DNA from: Marsupella aquatica | Taxonomy: Eukaryota; Plantae; Marchantiophyta | Reading direction: 5' to 3' | Assembly (NCBI GenBank): GCA_973895155.1 | Contig: OZ316891.1 | Span: 23,497,899-23,561,898, forward strand | DNA length: 64,000 bases | In this document: positions 13,292 through 26,929 of the stretch, piece after piece | Layout of the letters: each line of letters begins with the position of its first letter | Position numbering within the stretch: the first letter of the stretch is position 1 | Notes under the pieces: generated by a model | What the model saw: the letters and a program-made list of their open reading frames with translations, nothing else | Told to the model about the DNA's origin: nothing | Database searches by the model: none | Program-made: the position numbers and the translations under genes

Positions 13292-16200
13292 TTGTTCTAC
13301 CCCGCTATTACGGCTAGTGTTAAGGAACAACTACGAGAATTAGAAACCCTGGAGAATACCGAAGCCATAGCCAAGGATGTGGAACGAGCAAAAGCACTGT
13401 TTGCTTTGGAGGATCCAACGGCTGTGGAAACCAGCGTGAAGAAACAGGCCGAAGCCAAGATAAACACACTGCCAGAAGAGAAGCCGATAGTTCCCTATGA
13501 CCTGGCTAAAGATGTGCTAGAATCTAGAGTCTCGGCAACAGTAGGTCAACTATTGAAAAATAGCCCGTACTTCCGGAAGTAGTTAAGGAAGGCGATTCTC
13601 GGCCAACCGAGATTACCCAAGGTAGCAACCAGATCCGATGTGCTAATGATAGAAGAAGATCAAGGAGCCCCAGCATTACCATTAATGATTCAAGGAGAAA
13701 TATTATTGCGGGTACCCATTGATGGAGGATCCGGGGTATGTATTATGATTGATTCAACAACAAAAGGATGGGGTCTAACGCCGGAGATGACTGGAAGAGT
13801 GTTAAACATGGCCAATGAGTATCAGGTCATTCCCACGGGGGTGTTAACCGGCATCAAGACTGAGATAGGAGGTATCTTCTTTAGCATTAACTATGTAGTG
13901 ATGAAGCCCGTAAACCCTACGTCATTCCGACTATTAATTGGCAGGCCATGGCTGTACCTAGCCAAGGTAATAGAAGATTGGGGAATGAAGGAGTTCACTT
14001 TTGGGACCCCCTCTATCACGGTATCCTGGGACACTAAGGATGACTGTAGGAAAGGCATCAGGGAAGTAGATGGGTACGACAGTGGACTCGAGTCAGCCAA
14101 TGAAGTACGTTGGTTAGAATGCCTCACTGACCTAACCGAAGAAAGTGTGTTTGGACCGGAAATACCCCCTAGCGGACTATGGCACGAACCTATGGAGAGT
14201 AACCTAGAGGAAGGTGAAGAAGAGACTAAGGATTGCTTTGCCATAGAGTCAACATTCTTAGCTTCAATTCTGGAAGAAACGCAAGAGGCGGATCGGCTAG
14301 AAACGGCTAGGTGGGGAGCTACACCAGAGACAGTGGATTTTCCTCGGGCATTGTGGCAGAGCCGACAGGATCCACAACGCCGTCTATCATCGGCAACAAA
14401 TTAAATACCAAGGGATCGGCTTACAAGCCGATCACCAGGGCAGAACAAATTGAGGCCCTACTAGAAGCCGGAAGAGCACGACGGCCTGACCCTCAGGACA
14501 CAGGAATAGATAAGATGCACAGGAAGAAACCAGAGCCAAGTCAGGAAGGGAGGCTGGCAACCAATTCAGAACCAAGCAGAACGGTAAGGGAACACTTTGT
14601 TAATAACCAAGTAGAACCAGGGTCAAACAATTTGGCTAGTACTGCCGAGATTCCAGTCTATGGAGGTATGAGACTGGAGAGGTTGGAGGCCGGGTTGGAC
14701 CCGAATTTGAAGAAGCAGATTAATATGATCCAAGCACGGCAATACCGGAAGCTCGACTTAGGAGAAGGAAGGGAACTGAACTTGGGGTAGGACCTAGCAC
14801 CTGAGCTGGAGAAAGAGATCAGTGAATTACTAATTGAATTTCAAGATGTGTTCGCATGGAGTCATCAAGATCTGAAAGGAGTAGACCCAAAACTGGGAGA
14901 ACACCGAATTGATCTCATGTTAGGGGCCAAATCATTTCGACAACCGATTCAAAGGATGAACCCTAAGTCAAGGCTGAAATCGATAAACTAGTGGAAGCCG
15001 GATTCATCACTCCAGTCCTGCATTCAGACTGGGTGTCTCCAATCGTGATAGTTCCCAAGAAAGCTAGACCCGATGGTAAACCAAAGATCCGTGTTTGTCA
15101 GGATTACAGGAAGTTGAATGAGGCTACATTAAAAGATCATTTTCCCTTACCCTTTACTGATATGCTGTTAGACATGGTAGCCAGTCATGAACTATACTCA
15201 TTCATGGATGGGTACTCTGGTTATAACCAAATCAGGATTAGGCAGGAAGACCAAATCAAGACAGCCTTCATCACGGAATGGGGGATCTATGTCCGTATGC
15301 CGTTTGGACTCTGTAACGCACCAGCTATGTTCCAACGATTAATGGTGAACATTTTTCATGACTACTTGAGGAAATTCATGGAAATCTTCATTGATGACTT
15401 TGCAGTGTTTGGGAAGGCATCGAAACATGCTAAATACCTCAGGAAAACCTTTATGAGATGTAGAGAGGTAGGTCTCAAGTTACACCCCGATAAATGTTTC
15501 TTTGGAGTAACAGAGGGGGTACTACTAGGTCACAAGGTATCAAAGAAAGGCATTGAAATTGACAAAGGTAAGCTAGCAGTATGGCTAGATATCATGCAAC
15601 CTAAGAACATAAAAGATGTAAGATCCTTCTTGGGGTGCATTGGTTATTATCGCCGGTTCATCAAGGATTTTGCCAAGCTAGCTTTACCATTAACCAACAT
15701 GCTCAAGGCGGGTGCAGACTTCGAACCCACACCAGAACGAGTAACAACAGTGGTGGAATTGAAGCAGATGTTAGTAGAGGCCCCAGTCATAATAGCACCA
15801 GACTGGAACAAGGATTTTCATGTCTTTGTAGATGTCTCAGGCTTCTGTATCGGCTCAGTACTAAGTCAGTTGGATGAGAAAGGAAGGGACCATCCCATAT
15901 ACTTTGCAAGCCGCCAGCTTATCAATGCCGAACGAAACTACTCCACCACAGAAAGAGAAGCATTAGGAGTCATTTATTCATGTAAAAAGTTTAGGCATTA
16001 TCTACTAGGGTACAAGGTAATCTTTCATACTGATCATGAAAGTTTGAAGTACCTAGTAAATAAGCCGGACCTTACAGGTAGGGTAGCAAGATGGATTTTG
16101 CTATTACAGGAATTTGACTACGAGCTAAAAATCAAGCCGGGAAAACAACACGCCAATGCCGACTTCTTTTCAAGGATCATAGGTGAACCTGCCACGGATT

Positions 16201-17564
16201 GCATCGACGATCGATTTCCCGACAAGGAGCTATTTGTTGTGGAAATAACTGATACATGGTACCCTGAGATTTACAATTTCTCAGCACTTCCAGATTACAG
16301 CCAGGGCTAAGCCGAGAGCAAGCCACAGTCTTTCTGCGGAAGGTCAAACAGTATCAATGCATCAAGGGCGTACTACATAGGCACGGAATCAGTGGCACGA
16401 TTCAAAGGTGTTTGGAGGAGGGAGAAGTCAAACGGGTCTTACGAGCTATGCATGGGGAGGAAGCCGGGGGCATTTTGCTCCATTTACCACTTCTAAAAAG
16501 ATATTAAATGCCGGTTATTGGTGGCCCACCTTGCACAAGGATGTCTATCAGTTTATCAAACAATGCGATCCTTGTCAACGAGCGAGAGGACCAAGGGCAT
16601 CCACAAGACATCCACTCCACCCTATTCTACCTCTGGCACCATTTGAGAAGTGGGGTATTGATTACATCGGACCTCTGAAACCATTGACTCATCCTTGAAG
16701 AAACAAGTACATAATCTTGGCCACGGATTATGCAACTAAGTGGGTAGAGGCCAGGCCGACAACAAAGGATGATGCAATTACTACAGCTCGATTCATGTAT
16801 GAACAGATCTTCACCAGGTATGGCGCACCCTTAGAATTAGTTAGTGATAGAGGAACCCATTTTCTGAATGATATAATTAGTCGTTTAAATGAACAGTATT
16901 TAGTTAGACATAGGCCTACTACTCCCTACCACCCAAAGGCAAATGGGTTGACAGAACGAGCCAATGGAATTATAGGAAAGATATTGAACAAAACCGTCGC
17001 TCAGAACAAACTCGATTGGGATGATAAATTGTTTGCTGCTGTTTTTGCTTCAATTTAGCTTATAAATCCACTACCGGTCATACACCTTTTTTCCTCACCT
17101 TTGGACAGGAAGCCCTGGTACCAATGCAACTTGAGATTCCTACATTTCAAGTTACAATTGAGGAGAGAACCTCAGAGGAGGAAAGCCTAAAGGAGCGAGA
17201 ATATAGGTTAGAAGCTTTAGAGGAGGCAAGAGTGATTTCAGCTGAGAGAGTAGAATGTAGACAGAATACCATGAAGCAACAGTATGATAAGAGGTTGAAA
17301 CCAGTTAGTATTCACACAGGAGATCTTGTATTACTTTATGACAGTAGGTATAATAAGTTTCCAGGTAAACTTTACACTCATTGGTTAGGACCCTTTAGAG
17401 TAACCATGAAGTTCTCCAATGGCTCCGTGCAATTGGCCAACATTACTGGAGAGGTGTACCCAGTTCGCATCCATTACGACCGCCTCAAGCAATATTATAT
17501 GGACGAAGATGAAGTTGTTCGCGAGGACGCTTCACAATTAAGTGGGGAGCTATGTGATGCCTAG
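13292..17564 (+). pseudogene. pol: gypsy-2 protease-RT-RNase H-integrase, degenerate
   Basis: IDGGSG, RVCQDYRKLN, FIDD, WGIDYIG, VSDRG, WLGPF. Several stops and small deletions relative to the related copy at 61756-64000. Confidence 0.92.
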
Positions 17565-17928
17565 CCAGGAATCACTAGCCCGGTTTAAATGGTAAAGCAG
17601 GAGTGTACCCTGGAAACACCTTAGTATAGGAACAAAACAAGGAAAATATAAACAATTAAGGGTGACTATGGAACCCGGGCCGAGGCCGGAAGTAAGGACG
17701 CGGGGGGAGAGAACACGATTAGGGTTAGGGCGCGCTAAGCGTCGGCAGCTAGGGGTGACCAACGGGAGGGAGGACCTTAGGAGGAGAGAGGTAAGGACCG
17801 CTCGCAAGGAATAGAGGCTCATTTGCAAGAACAAACTGGGCACACGACTATGGGAGGCCAATTGCTGTCAGCTGCTTAGGCAAGCACTTGGGGTGGGAAC
17901 AGATACCAACGATCGACTCAAGGAGGGT

Positions 17929-19430
17929 ATGAGCAACGTCAATCAAGCGGCATATTTTTGGGGATGCCTATTCGAACGGGCAGGTGAGTACATCAGGACT
18001 TACGAGGACGAGGAATCAGAGAGAGCAGCTCAAGAATGGCAGGAACTCGCTAAGCTTTGGGAACTATAGAAGACGACTTTCTTAGGAGGAGAACTTATCA
18101 AGGCCAAGTTCTTGTGGACTCCTACTGCCAATCAGCTCGACGACCTTCTGTTTTGCAAAAACAAAATCGTCGGCATTCGGGAAGCCATCAATCGCTGCAA
18201 CGACCTACACTGGGAGTTGAAGGGTAACACAGACGGGTGGACGAAGGCAACCTTGCTAGGAGAAACATCCACGGCAGCCGAGATGAAGAGGAAAGGAAAC
18301 AACAATGAAGAGGCCACCCCGGCAAAAAGAACAAGGTCGGCGGCACCTAGGAAGCCAGCAGCGCAGCAGAGCGGGACTAGGGGAGAAGCCGAGGAGGAAG
18401 AGGTTGATCCCATCAATGCCATTCCAACAAACGATGACACCTGGAAAGGCTGGGCGGCGACCCTACCGGAGGAAGTGCAATTACACTTTGCACGAGAGGA
18501 GGATGCATGCTTAACGGCCATGCAGACCAAGAAGTACCAAGGCTTCATGGCCGGATCCGGCTTGGAGCCTTCGTAAGATTACCATGGCTGAAGCCGAAGG
18601 TGCCGGACTCAGACTTATTAGAATTCGTGGGATCATGGGAACCCGAGACCAATTCCACGAGGGTGTATGGGAAGGATTTCTATCTCACTCCCCGGGTGAT
18701 TGCCGAGGTGTTTGGCTTGCCGATGGGTAATAAGACCAAGGTTGATACCAGGAAGACCTTACCTGACAAGGAGTTCCGGTCATTCCTAGGACCATCAACG
18801 AAGAATGGTTTCTTTCGGAACACCTGCACCAACCCGCACATCGGAGAGATGATCGATTTCTTGTGGGTGACCATGCATTGTAACTTGCCAAGGGCAGAGA
18901 TCGGCAAGGCTCAGGTCTACCTGGCAGAAAGGCCAGACCCAAGCCGGGATTACAACGGGTACCTCCTCAACCAACTGAAGAAGATCTTGAAAGAGGAACA
19001 GCAGGTGATTGGCATGGGAAGCGTGTCCCGGCTTGGCTATCACATGCCGCTGTTGTGCTGGTATGCCAGAAGTCAAATCTTTGCCCCAGTACTTCCCCTA
19101 TCGGCAAGGGCACCGGAGGAGGTTCTGGAGCAGAGGCCGGCACCAGAGAAGCCCAACCAACCCGGCAGTCCGACGATCGAGCAAGTGTTTTGGACAAGGA
19201 ATGAAGACGTGCCGATGCAGCAACCAGGCATGCAAAGTCTGTTGAACTTACTGGAGAAGGAAAGGAGAAGGGTTCCGGCAACGGCAACGGCAACGATCCA
19301 GGACGATGCCCCAGAGGTTGGCTTAAACCAACTTAGAAGGGAAGATCCCTTTACCAAAGCCAAGGAGAGAAGGAGGCCAGAACACAAGCCGGGAGTGCAA
19401 ATGTATGTGGGAGCCTCAAGCCCCGAATGA
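17929..19430 (+). pseudogene. gypsy-2 extra ORF (sense, after pol), weak Athila-ORF/plant-mobile-domain-like motif
   Basis: Fragments 18112-18576 and 18507-19430 are one frame in the paralog 32827-34029. Motif LLEFVGSW...RVYGKDFYLTPRVIAEVFGLP. Confidence 0.6.
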
Positions 19431-20066
19431 GAGGCAGAGCAGCCTAAGGCTCCTTTCCGCGGAGAGCAGAAGGAGACGATACCCTGGAAACAAGAGGAAC
19501 CAGAGGCTGTTTTCACGACTGGACCAGGGGAACAAGGGGAGAAGGCGGGAGGCCAAGTAGTGGAGGAGGCGGGAGAGGACTACAGCAATGATAACTCCGG
19601 CTATGGGTCGGATCATCATGTTCCAAGAGTCAGGACCTGTGGCCAATTTATCCCCACGCTTCCAAGAGTAGTTTGAGGGGACCCCAACCAGCAGAGTAGC
19701 CCCGAGTCTCCCCCACCAGAGATTGCTCCCCCGAGCTTTGGCGGCATAAAGCAGACGGCACAGGAATTTCAGGAGCGACTTAGGGAGGATGAGAAAGCAG
19801 CCCTGGCTAGGGAGAAGGATTTACCAGGAGGAGATTGGCCGGAGGACATCAGGCGGCTTGCCGAAAAAAGAAGCAACCCTCTTGCCACCATAGAAGAAAT
19901 CCGCAAGACGGCTTGGGAGCAGAGGCCGCGGTGGGTAATGCCGATGACTTCTAGTTACTCCACCTATGCTAAGGATAGAGCCATGGAGTATGGGGAGATG
20001 TGTGGGGAACTGGCGCTCAGCATCTTTGGGGAGGAGTTGGAGCAGGGACCCTTTTTCTAGAGGGAG

Positions 20067-21326
20067 ATGTTGGAAAAGCACCGATTAGAAGAAGTGGTGG
20101 CTTTGGAGAGGAGCAAGAAGGACGAGGTTATCTGGCAGCTTAGGGAGAAGGAAGCCGAGATGGAAATCCTGCAGGTGGCCAAGAAAGCCCAAGATGAACT
20201 ATGGATTAAGCGGCATGAGCTAACCATCATGCAGGGGCAGTTGGATACCGCTCAGTCTGACAATCAGATTATCAAAGATAAACTGACTCGGACGCAGGGA
20301 GAGTTGGCCGGCGCAATCAAGGAAAGAGAGAAATGGAAGCGGGAGCTAAGGGATGCAGAGGAGGCCCACTTAGCAACTAACAATCGGGCCACGACAGAGA
20401 ACCAGAGAAGGGAGAGGGCGTTGAAAGGAGAGCTCGAAGATATCCGCGGAGCCCTTGAGCAAAAGGAAGCAGAGTTAGGGAAATCCTATCAAGGGATTAT
20501 TGCGCTGCAGCAGGAGCTTGCGTCCCTGACAGCCAGCTTCAAGGCCAACCTGCGTGAAAAGGAGGACCAACTCGACCAAACTTATGCCAAGATGAATAAA
20601 ATGGAGTCTGTGGTCGTAGCAGAGCTCGACAAGGAGCTAAGAGCAACCCAGGAGGAGAGGGCTACCTTAAGGAGGGAATTGGAGGAAGCCAATAAGGAGC
20701 TGGAGGAGGCATGCAAGGACCTGGACGAGACCCAGGAGGAGTTGGAGGAAATCACGAGAAAGATGGAGAACCTACAACGGCGGACCGACAACCAAACGGA
20801 GCGGCTAAAGACACAAGCCGCAGTATTTAAATGCTTGGCTTCATCAGGTCCAACTCCAATTGGGGGAACCCAGTTACCAGGGGTAGTATTGGCCACAGGA
20901 CAAGCCAAAACACTCACCCCGGTGCCGAAGGTAGGTGGCAAGGGGAAGGAACTGGCTGTCAAAATAGGGAAGAAGAAGAAGCGGAAACCTTCTAGGTTTG
21001 GGAGTTATACGGCTTCTCAAGCCGAGGGGACCGAGAGGATAAACCCGGCACCGATCTCTAGCATCTGCACGGCGGTGGATCCACCAGTCCTAGGAAGTGG
21101 AGATGGACCGGATCCTCCGCTAGGGCATGCCGGAGCCGTATCAGAGGCCGGAGCCGTATCGGAGGCCGGAACCAATGATGAAGCCGAAGCCGGGGGTGGA
21201 CCTAGTCAGGCCAATGAAGAGTTGACTCGGTCAAGGGCAGGTAATCTGTCAGTGGACGGACCAACGGTAGTGGCTGCGGAGGAAACGTTGGGGGCGTCCA
21301 TTGAGAACCAGCCACCGGTGTCGTGA
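20067..21326 (+). CDS. gypsy-2 extra coiled-coil ORF
   Basis: 419 aa, long E/K/L/Q-rich heptad region followed by KIGKKKKRK. Conserved in the inverted copy at 35647-36900. Confidence 0.6.
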   Translation: MLEKHRLEEVVALERSKKDEVIWQLREKEAEMEILQVAKKAQDELWIKRHELTIMQGQLDTAQSDNQIIKDKLTRTQGELAGAIKEREKWKRELRDAEEAHLATNNRATTENQRRERALKGELEDIRGALEQKEAELGKSYQGIIALQQELASLTASFKANLREKEDQLDQTYAKMNKMESVVVAELDKELRATQEERATLRRELEEANKELEEACKDLDETQEELEEITRKMENLQRRTDNQTERLKTQAAVFKCLASSGPTPIGGTQLPGVVLATGQAKTLTPVPKVGGKGKELAVKIGKKKKRKPSRFGSYTASQAEGTERINPAPISSICTAVDPPVLGSGDGPDPPLGHAGAVSEAGAVSEAGTNDEAEAGGGPSQANEELTRSRAGNLSVDGPTVVAAEETLGASIENQPPVS

Positions 21327-21910
21327 CGATGTAAAGGCGCCGTCCCTTTTAGGGAGGGCGGACGTGGAGGTAGGAGGCGTGAGTGGACAGGGCGGGCGCT
21401 GATCTCCAAGTTTAGATTTAGTATCAGGACCAGGAGATGGCCCTGACACTTAGATTAGTGGGATTTCGGATTCGCGGTTGAGGGCGACACTTGTGCTCCT
21501 GCCTCGCTGTACATAGGTAGATTATAGTGGATAGATTAGGCTTACGCTGCAAGGAATCAGGCGGATCCACAACCAGGATAAGTACCTGGGCTGCGGGGAG
21601 TTTAGGGCCTCTTCTTTAGCAAGTTTTTAGTCGCACCAGCACGGCTGGGATCAAGTAGTAAGAGAAACTCTCGGTTAGTTATACAGTGACCTTGTGTATA
21701 TCCATGTTTCCTCATACTTAAGAACTGAATAGAGTTGGCCTCACGGCTTAGTTCGCAGAGCTTGTGTATGAGATGTACTGTTTGTATTGCAAGTGCAGGG
21801 TATAACTCAGTCAGAAGGAGTCATTTTGCTATTTGTGTGTCGCATGAACTTGTGTGAAGAATGCCCACATCAACAAAAGAAGGGAAGTAAGCAAGGGAGT
21901 GAGAGTTGGA

Positions 21911-22228
21911 TGTGTCGAGCTGAGAGAGGTCTTAGCGGCTTAACCAAACCAATTGGGGATCATTCCAGCGGCGGAATCCAAATATACCTAACCAACAGAA
22001 GGGAAAGACAAGAGAAGGTATAGATTGGGCCAACTGCGTATCTCATGACCCGATGAAGGATCTGTCCAGTATATGTGTGTAAAATGTTAATAGTAGTAGT
22101 AGGAAGTTAGCAGCATCCCATGCCGCTAAACCGCGGAAACCTCCTCGCCAAGCACAAAACCTGCGGGAATCGGCTTGGGCGGGGGGGGGGGGGTTTCTTG
22201 GGTTTGGGGAGCCATGGGACGCACCGCA
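21911..22228 (+). repeat. gypsy-2 3' LTR (~318 bp)
   Basis: tgtgtcgagc...gggacgcaccgca, preceded by a purine-rich tract. The 5' boundary is somewhat uncertain. Confidence 0.75.
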
Positions 22229-22281
22229 ATCCGGCACATCGCCACTACCTTGTCGGGAAGGGCCACCTGCACCAGATACTC

Positions 22282-24381
22282 CTACGCGATCGCCTCGTCC
22301 CATGCCATCACCTCTACTACCCCCTGAGTGCCTGGGCCCCGCACCCCGTGATGCTCCAGAGCAATGGGAGCCCACGCCATCAGCAGCATGTGACCCACCC
22401 CTCCCTGCTGATGGGGCAACAACACCTTGGACCTGAGGATTAGGGGTGACTGTGGGCACCCTCCCCAACCCTGCCTCAGCATCCTGCTCAGAATCTGAGT
22501 CCAACTCCTCCGACCCAGACCCCTCCTCATCCTGCGCACTAGGGTTTAATTGCAGTTAGAATGAATGGTCCCGACCATAACTCTAACAAATTCATGACAA
22601 CCTTAAACATTATATCACCCTAGGGTGAACACTTACCTCTCACAACTCATCCTCAAGGTGGCGCTTTAGAGCGCGGGGTCCATCCGTCTTTGCCAAATTC
22701 CTCTCCAACAGCGCAATAGGGCGACCATACTCCCGCTCCTGAAATTTAAAGATCCAAACCATAGAGGCTAGGTTAATATCAAATCTAGTATTAGCGTGCT
22801 CTACCCTAAACCAAGCCACCCTACATAGCCCTAATGTAACCTTAAACCATAGTTCACCCTAACTTATACTCTACCCTAGTAAAAAATTAACGTTAAGTAC
22901 GTTCATTCAAAAATCTAAAGGTCTTGCCGAGGGGTCTGATGCAGAGTCCGATACAGCCTGCATCGGACGTCTATCGGATGCGTAACAAGAAAAATGGCAT
23001 GACACGGTGTCCAATGCTGCTTCCGATGCAAAACCTATCGGATGAGTATCGGAAAGAACAGGCCCGAGAGCAAAAATGAGTTTTGCAAAGGGTTTAAACA
23101 AAAGACATAAGGCACAAACAACTCATTCTTTGTGCAAGGAGTCAGGTGATCAGGGAGTCGAGGTGGGGAGGAGAGGGAGGGCACTTACAAACTCAGCCTT
23201 CAATTGATTGGAGCCGCCTTGCCCCATTCGGTGAGTGATGGTTGGCCTCCCCTGCACTCTCTCCAATGCTACTATGATGTGCCTTGGTGGTTTGGGGAGT
23301 CTTGCTGCCTGAGCTGCCCATTGTTGCAGGTTCTGTTGAAGGGGGAGGATATCAACATTCTCCCCAGCCTTTTGCTTCTCCTCTGCCAGCCTAATTTTGT
23401 TGTCCCAATGTCTTCTTTTCAGCCAGGCACGGACTGAGAGTTCCTCCTCAAGCCAAGCCGCCCACTCATCCGGGGAAACATTGTCTGGACAACCCTCCTC
23501 CCTGATCACCTCTGCATCCACTGCCATATCTCCAAGGTACTTTCTGAATTTCTCTCGCTGATGATTGCGCATGTCTGAGAGTGATGCTGAAATTTGTTTG
23601 TTTAGGAACCTGTCATCAATGTAGGCCCTGTTCTTGAACCGTTCCTTCACCTGCTCTCTGATTCTCAATCTCTCTTCCTCCTTCTTCTTGCCCCAGTAAT
23701 CCAGTGGCCCCAAATTGGCCCTCAGCACCTGCTTGAATTGGCTTCGGAATAGATGGTAGCTCTTAGGCAATGGACCACCACCCGAATTGAGAGCTAGCTC
23801 AGGCCTGAGAGCTCTCTCTGCCTCCTTTCACCTCTGCTCCTCCAATCGCACCTTCTCAATTGCCTAGCTTCTTTTTGAAGCTTTTTCTCTCGTTTTCTTG
23901 GAGACAGTGTCTCCTCTGCATCCCCCTTGCCTCTCTTTGCCTCTTTCTTCCTCTTCTTTGCCTCCTTCTCACTTGCAATGCTTGCAGCAGCAGTCTTCTC
24001 TGCCTCACGCCGAGAGGCATCAATCAGCGTTTGGAGGAGTGGGACTACTCTCTCTGCGTCCTCCACACTCAGCCCTGCCTTGGCCACAAAAATGTCCCTC
24101 ATAACTTCATTGTATGGCTGGGACGGCCCCCCTTGCTCTCCACCACCACCTGATCCCCCTTCGTCTCCCCCACCACCTGATCCCCCACCCCCTCCATCTC
24201 TCCTCCCTTCAAGCTCTCCTCCTTGATCCAGCTTCAAAAAATTTGAAAAACACCTAGTGCAAAATGGGGCCCGACGCGCTGGTCTTCGCACCTGCATCGG
24301 TTCTTTTTTCCGAAACAAAACCTGCTGCTTCCGATTCTTTCTGTTTCGGACTTTGCGAAACCAAAGGTATCGGACACGCAA
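22282..24381 (-). pseudogene. CACTA second gene, TnpA/Ptta-like, multi-exon
   Basis: ORFs 23794-24381 and 23150-23770 share a frame across a stop. CPDNVSPDEWAAWLE and HRMGQGG resemble En/Spm TnpA-type proteins. Donor-like site at ~23190. Confidence 0.5.
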
Positions 24382-24856
24382 TCGGACTTTCTGAAACTAT
24401 CTGCTTCAGACCCCTTGTCCTTTTCTTGTGGCCGTGTATTTACCAAGTGTGGCCCGTTTCCTATTGCATCGGACCCCTCATGAAGTTATATCGGATACCT
24501 CTTGGCTTTCCCAAAGGGGGTCCAATATAATGTTTTGATTTGGGTTGGGTATGGGATTGGAGGGTTTAGAGTATAATTTAGGATATTTAGGTTTTGTATG
24601 GGGTAAGGGCACATGGTTGGAGTTATTATTTGCTTTCATATTTGAATCCGCATTTTGTAGCTAGGGCTCTACATATGTGAATGGGACAGTGAACGTGTCA
24701 TGCATGTAGAGGGACCTCTTGCAAGTTTCTTTGTTGCGGAGAACAAATTTTGGGGTTTGTACCGGACTATGTAATTTTTTTGATAAGCTATGGTCTTGCA
24801 TGCTTAATATATTGGGCTCTAATTAATGATGCAATTGTGTATAGAGTCTTGGTGTT

Positions 24857-25570
24857 TTAGGGGTGGTTGTGGTGATGGGAACTCAATACTATGATATGTA
24901 ATATAGGATCAAGAAAATACTACAAGAAGTTTTTGTATGAACCATTTTCGGGTGAAAGCCTTTTGTTTCATTTCTTTATAGGGGATTATGGGTGTACGTA
25001 GAGGTTTTATTAGTATAACATTATACCTTTTGTTAGGATAATATTAAACCCCTTCATTAGGCTAATCTTTGTGTTTGGATTTGATGTGCAGGACCTTGCT
25101 TTTGGAGGGGTGGTTAACTTTTTTTGAGGGGGTAGGGAGGTTTTGATTTTGGACAATGCACTATGCATGAAACCGTGCATCCAGGAGGTATGATGTCCTC
25201 TTGCAAGTTCCTTGCAAGTTTAGGGATGGTTGTGGTGATGGGAACTCAATACTATGATATATGATAGACAAAATACTACAAGAAGTTTTTGTACAAACCA
25301 TTTCTTGGTGAAAGCTATTTGGATCATTTCTTTGGAGGGGTTTATGGGCTTAGGGTTATGGGGTTTTACTAGGATAAGGTTACACCTTTTCTTAGGATAA
25401 GGTTCAACCTCCATATATTAGCTAGGCTAATGGTTGTGTTGGATTTGATGCACAGTACCTTGCGTTTGGAGGGGTGGTTCAATGTTTGTGAGGGGGTAGA
25501 TAGGTTTTGTTTTGGACAATGCACTATGCATAGTGTGAGACCGCGCATCCAGGAGGTATGATGTCCCTGC
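24857..25570. repeat. ~360-bp tandem duplication between the divergent CACTA genes
   Basis: ggttgtggtgatgggaactcaatactatgata...ttttggacaatgcactatgcat...catccaggaggtatgatgtcc occurs twice in tandem. Confidence 0.85.
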
Positions 25571-25855
25571 TTCACGAGCCGCATCATTTACACTTAATTT
25601 GTATGTTGGAATTTTTTTATATGTGGTGTGTTCTTCCTACACTCTTTCGCACTTACAGATTATGTATGCTCATTAGCAAAATGCTCACCCATATATGCAG
25701 AGATTTTGGATGTCCCACACCTTGTGTGTAGAAAATACGACAGAGTAGGCTGGCAAAGCGCGGGTATCATTGAGGTACAACAGGAATTTTGTATCTCATG
25801 CATTAATTAATTCTATTTTGATACTCCAACACTTGTCTTCTTTTATGCAGCTTAC

Positions 25856-26116
25856 ATGAATTTAGAGTGTACTTCATGCATGCAGATGTCTACTTCTGAT
25901 AGTTCCACGTCAGATTCAAACTCAGACACAAGCTCGTCTGAGGGGGAGGTTCCTCCACCCCCTCCTCCAGATCGTCCTCGTGCTCCACTAGGACCCATAC
26001 CTTGCTGGTGTGTGAGATGTAAGGGACTTGTGGTTCGACATGCGTGGGAGACTTGTGAGCACATTGAGAACTGTGGCCGCCACAAGGGTGATATGCCAGG
26101 GTATTTGCCTAGCCAG
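25856..26116 (+). CDS. CACTA exon 1, transposase-associated Cys/His domain-like
   Basis: PCWCVRCKG...TCEHIENCGRH resembles the CACTA N-terminal CxC..C/H domain. Phase-0 donor CAG|GTACAG at 26117. Confidence 0.55.
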
Positions 26117-26291
26117 GTACAGATATGTTTATGTCCCCTATTCATTCCATATATGCATTCCAATTTAGGGTATTGCTTAATTATCTTGCATTTACATCCT
26201 GGCACTAATTAATTTATTGATTTGTGTAAAACCATTGTATGTGTGTTGAAATAGGTGCCTCGTAGGCCCCCACCTCCTTTGGTTCCTTCAG

Positions 26292-26806
26292 ATATGGGGT
26301 CGCCCTTGGATAGTGAAGGCATCCTCTATTGGTCCTGATATAGGATATGGTCTTTTTGCTTTGGAGGATATTGTGGTCCCTCCAAAGCCATGGAGACGTG
26401 GTTATGATGGAGAGCACCTCTTTCCTTACATTGGGGCTGTATATAACTCAAAGAGTTGGAATATTTTGTTGCGTCAACACCCAAGTTGGGGGTGTATGCA
26501 TTGAGGATGGACTCAGACCCGGATGAGGTATTCACTAGGCCGTGGCATTGCCGGATGATTGATGGTGACCCTATTTGGAACGGTAATTTAGCAGGGTACA
26601 TCAATAGTACCACAGGTAGAGATAGAGGTTTGGAGGCTAATGTAGAGTGGATTCAAATGTTTGGTCCACCTAGACATCCATATTTTGTGAAACATATGGA
26701 CGACCATATCATGACAGTAGCTATTAGGACCATTAGAGCTGGTGAGGAGTTATTGTGTGAGTATGAGTGGGATGCACCAAAATTGTCCTTGCATTGTCGT
26801 CCATGA
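26292..26806 (+). pseudogene. SET (PR/SET-like) domain exon inside the CACTA element, 1-bp frameshift
   Basis: VKASSIGPDIGYGLFALEDI (SET motif I), NGNLAGYINST, VAIRTIRAGEELLCEY. The two frames join at the G run 26488-26492. Confidence 0.8.
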
Positions 26807-26929
26807 TAGTTTCTTGGACTTACATACATGTATATATATATGTCAATTTATTTTACATGTTTACATGAGAATGATGTTGTTCAGCAGTGCATGTGTTGAT
26901 GAGATTAATTAATTGATGTTGTATGATAG

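Larger units (their letters stand above)
11038..22228 (+). mobile_element. Ty3/gypsy LTR retrotransposon 2, near full length, with extra ORFs 3' of pol
   Basis: Direct LTR repeats at 11038-11345 and 21911-22228, PBS-like tggcgctagatggaggggg at 11350, then gag, PR, RT, RH, IN. Confidence 0.92.
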
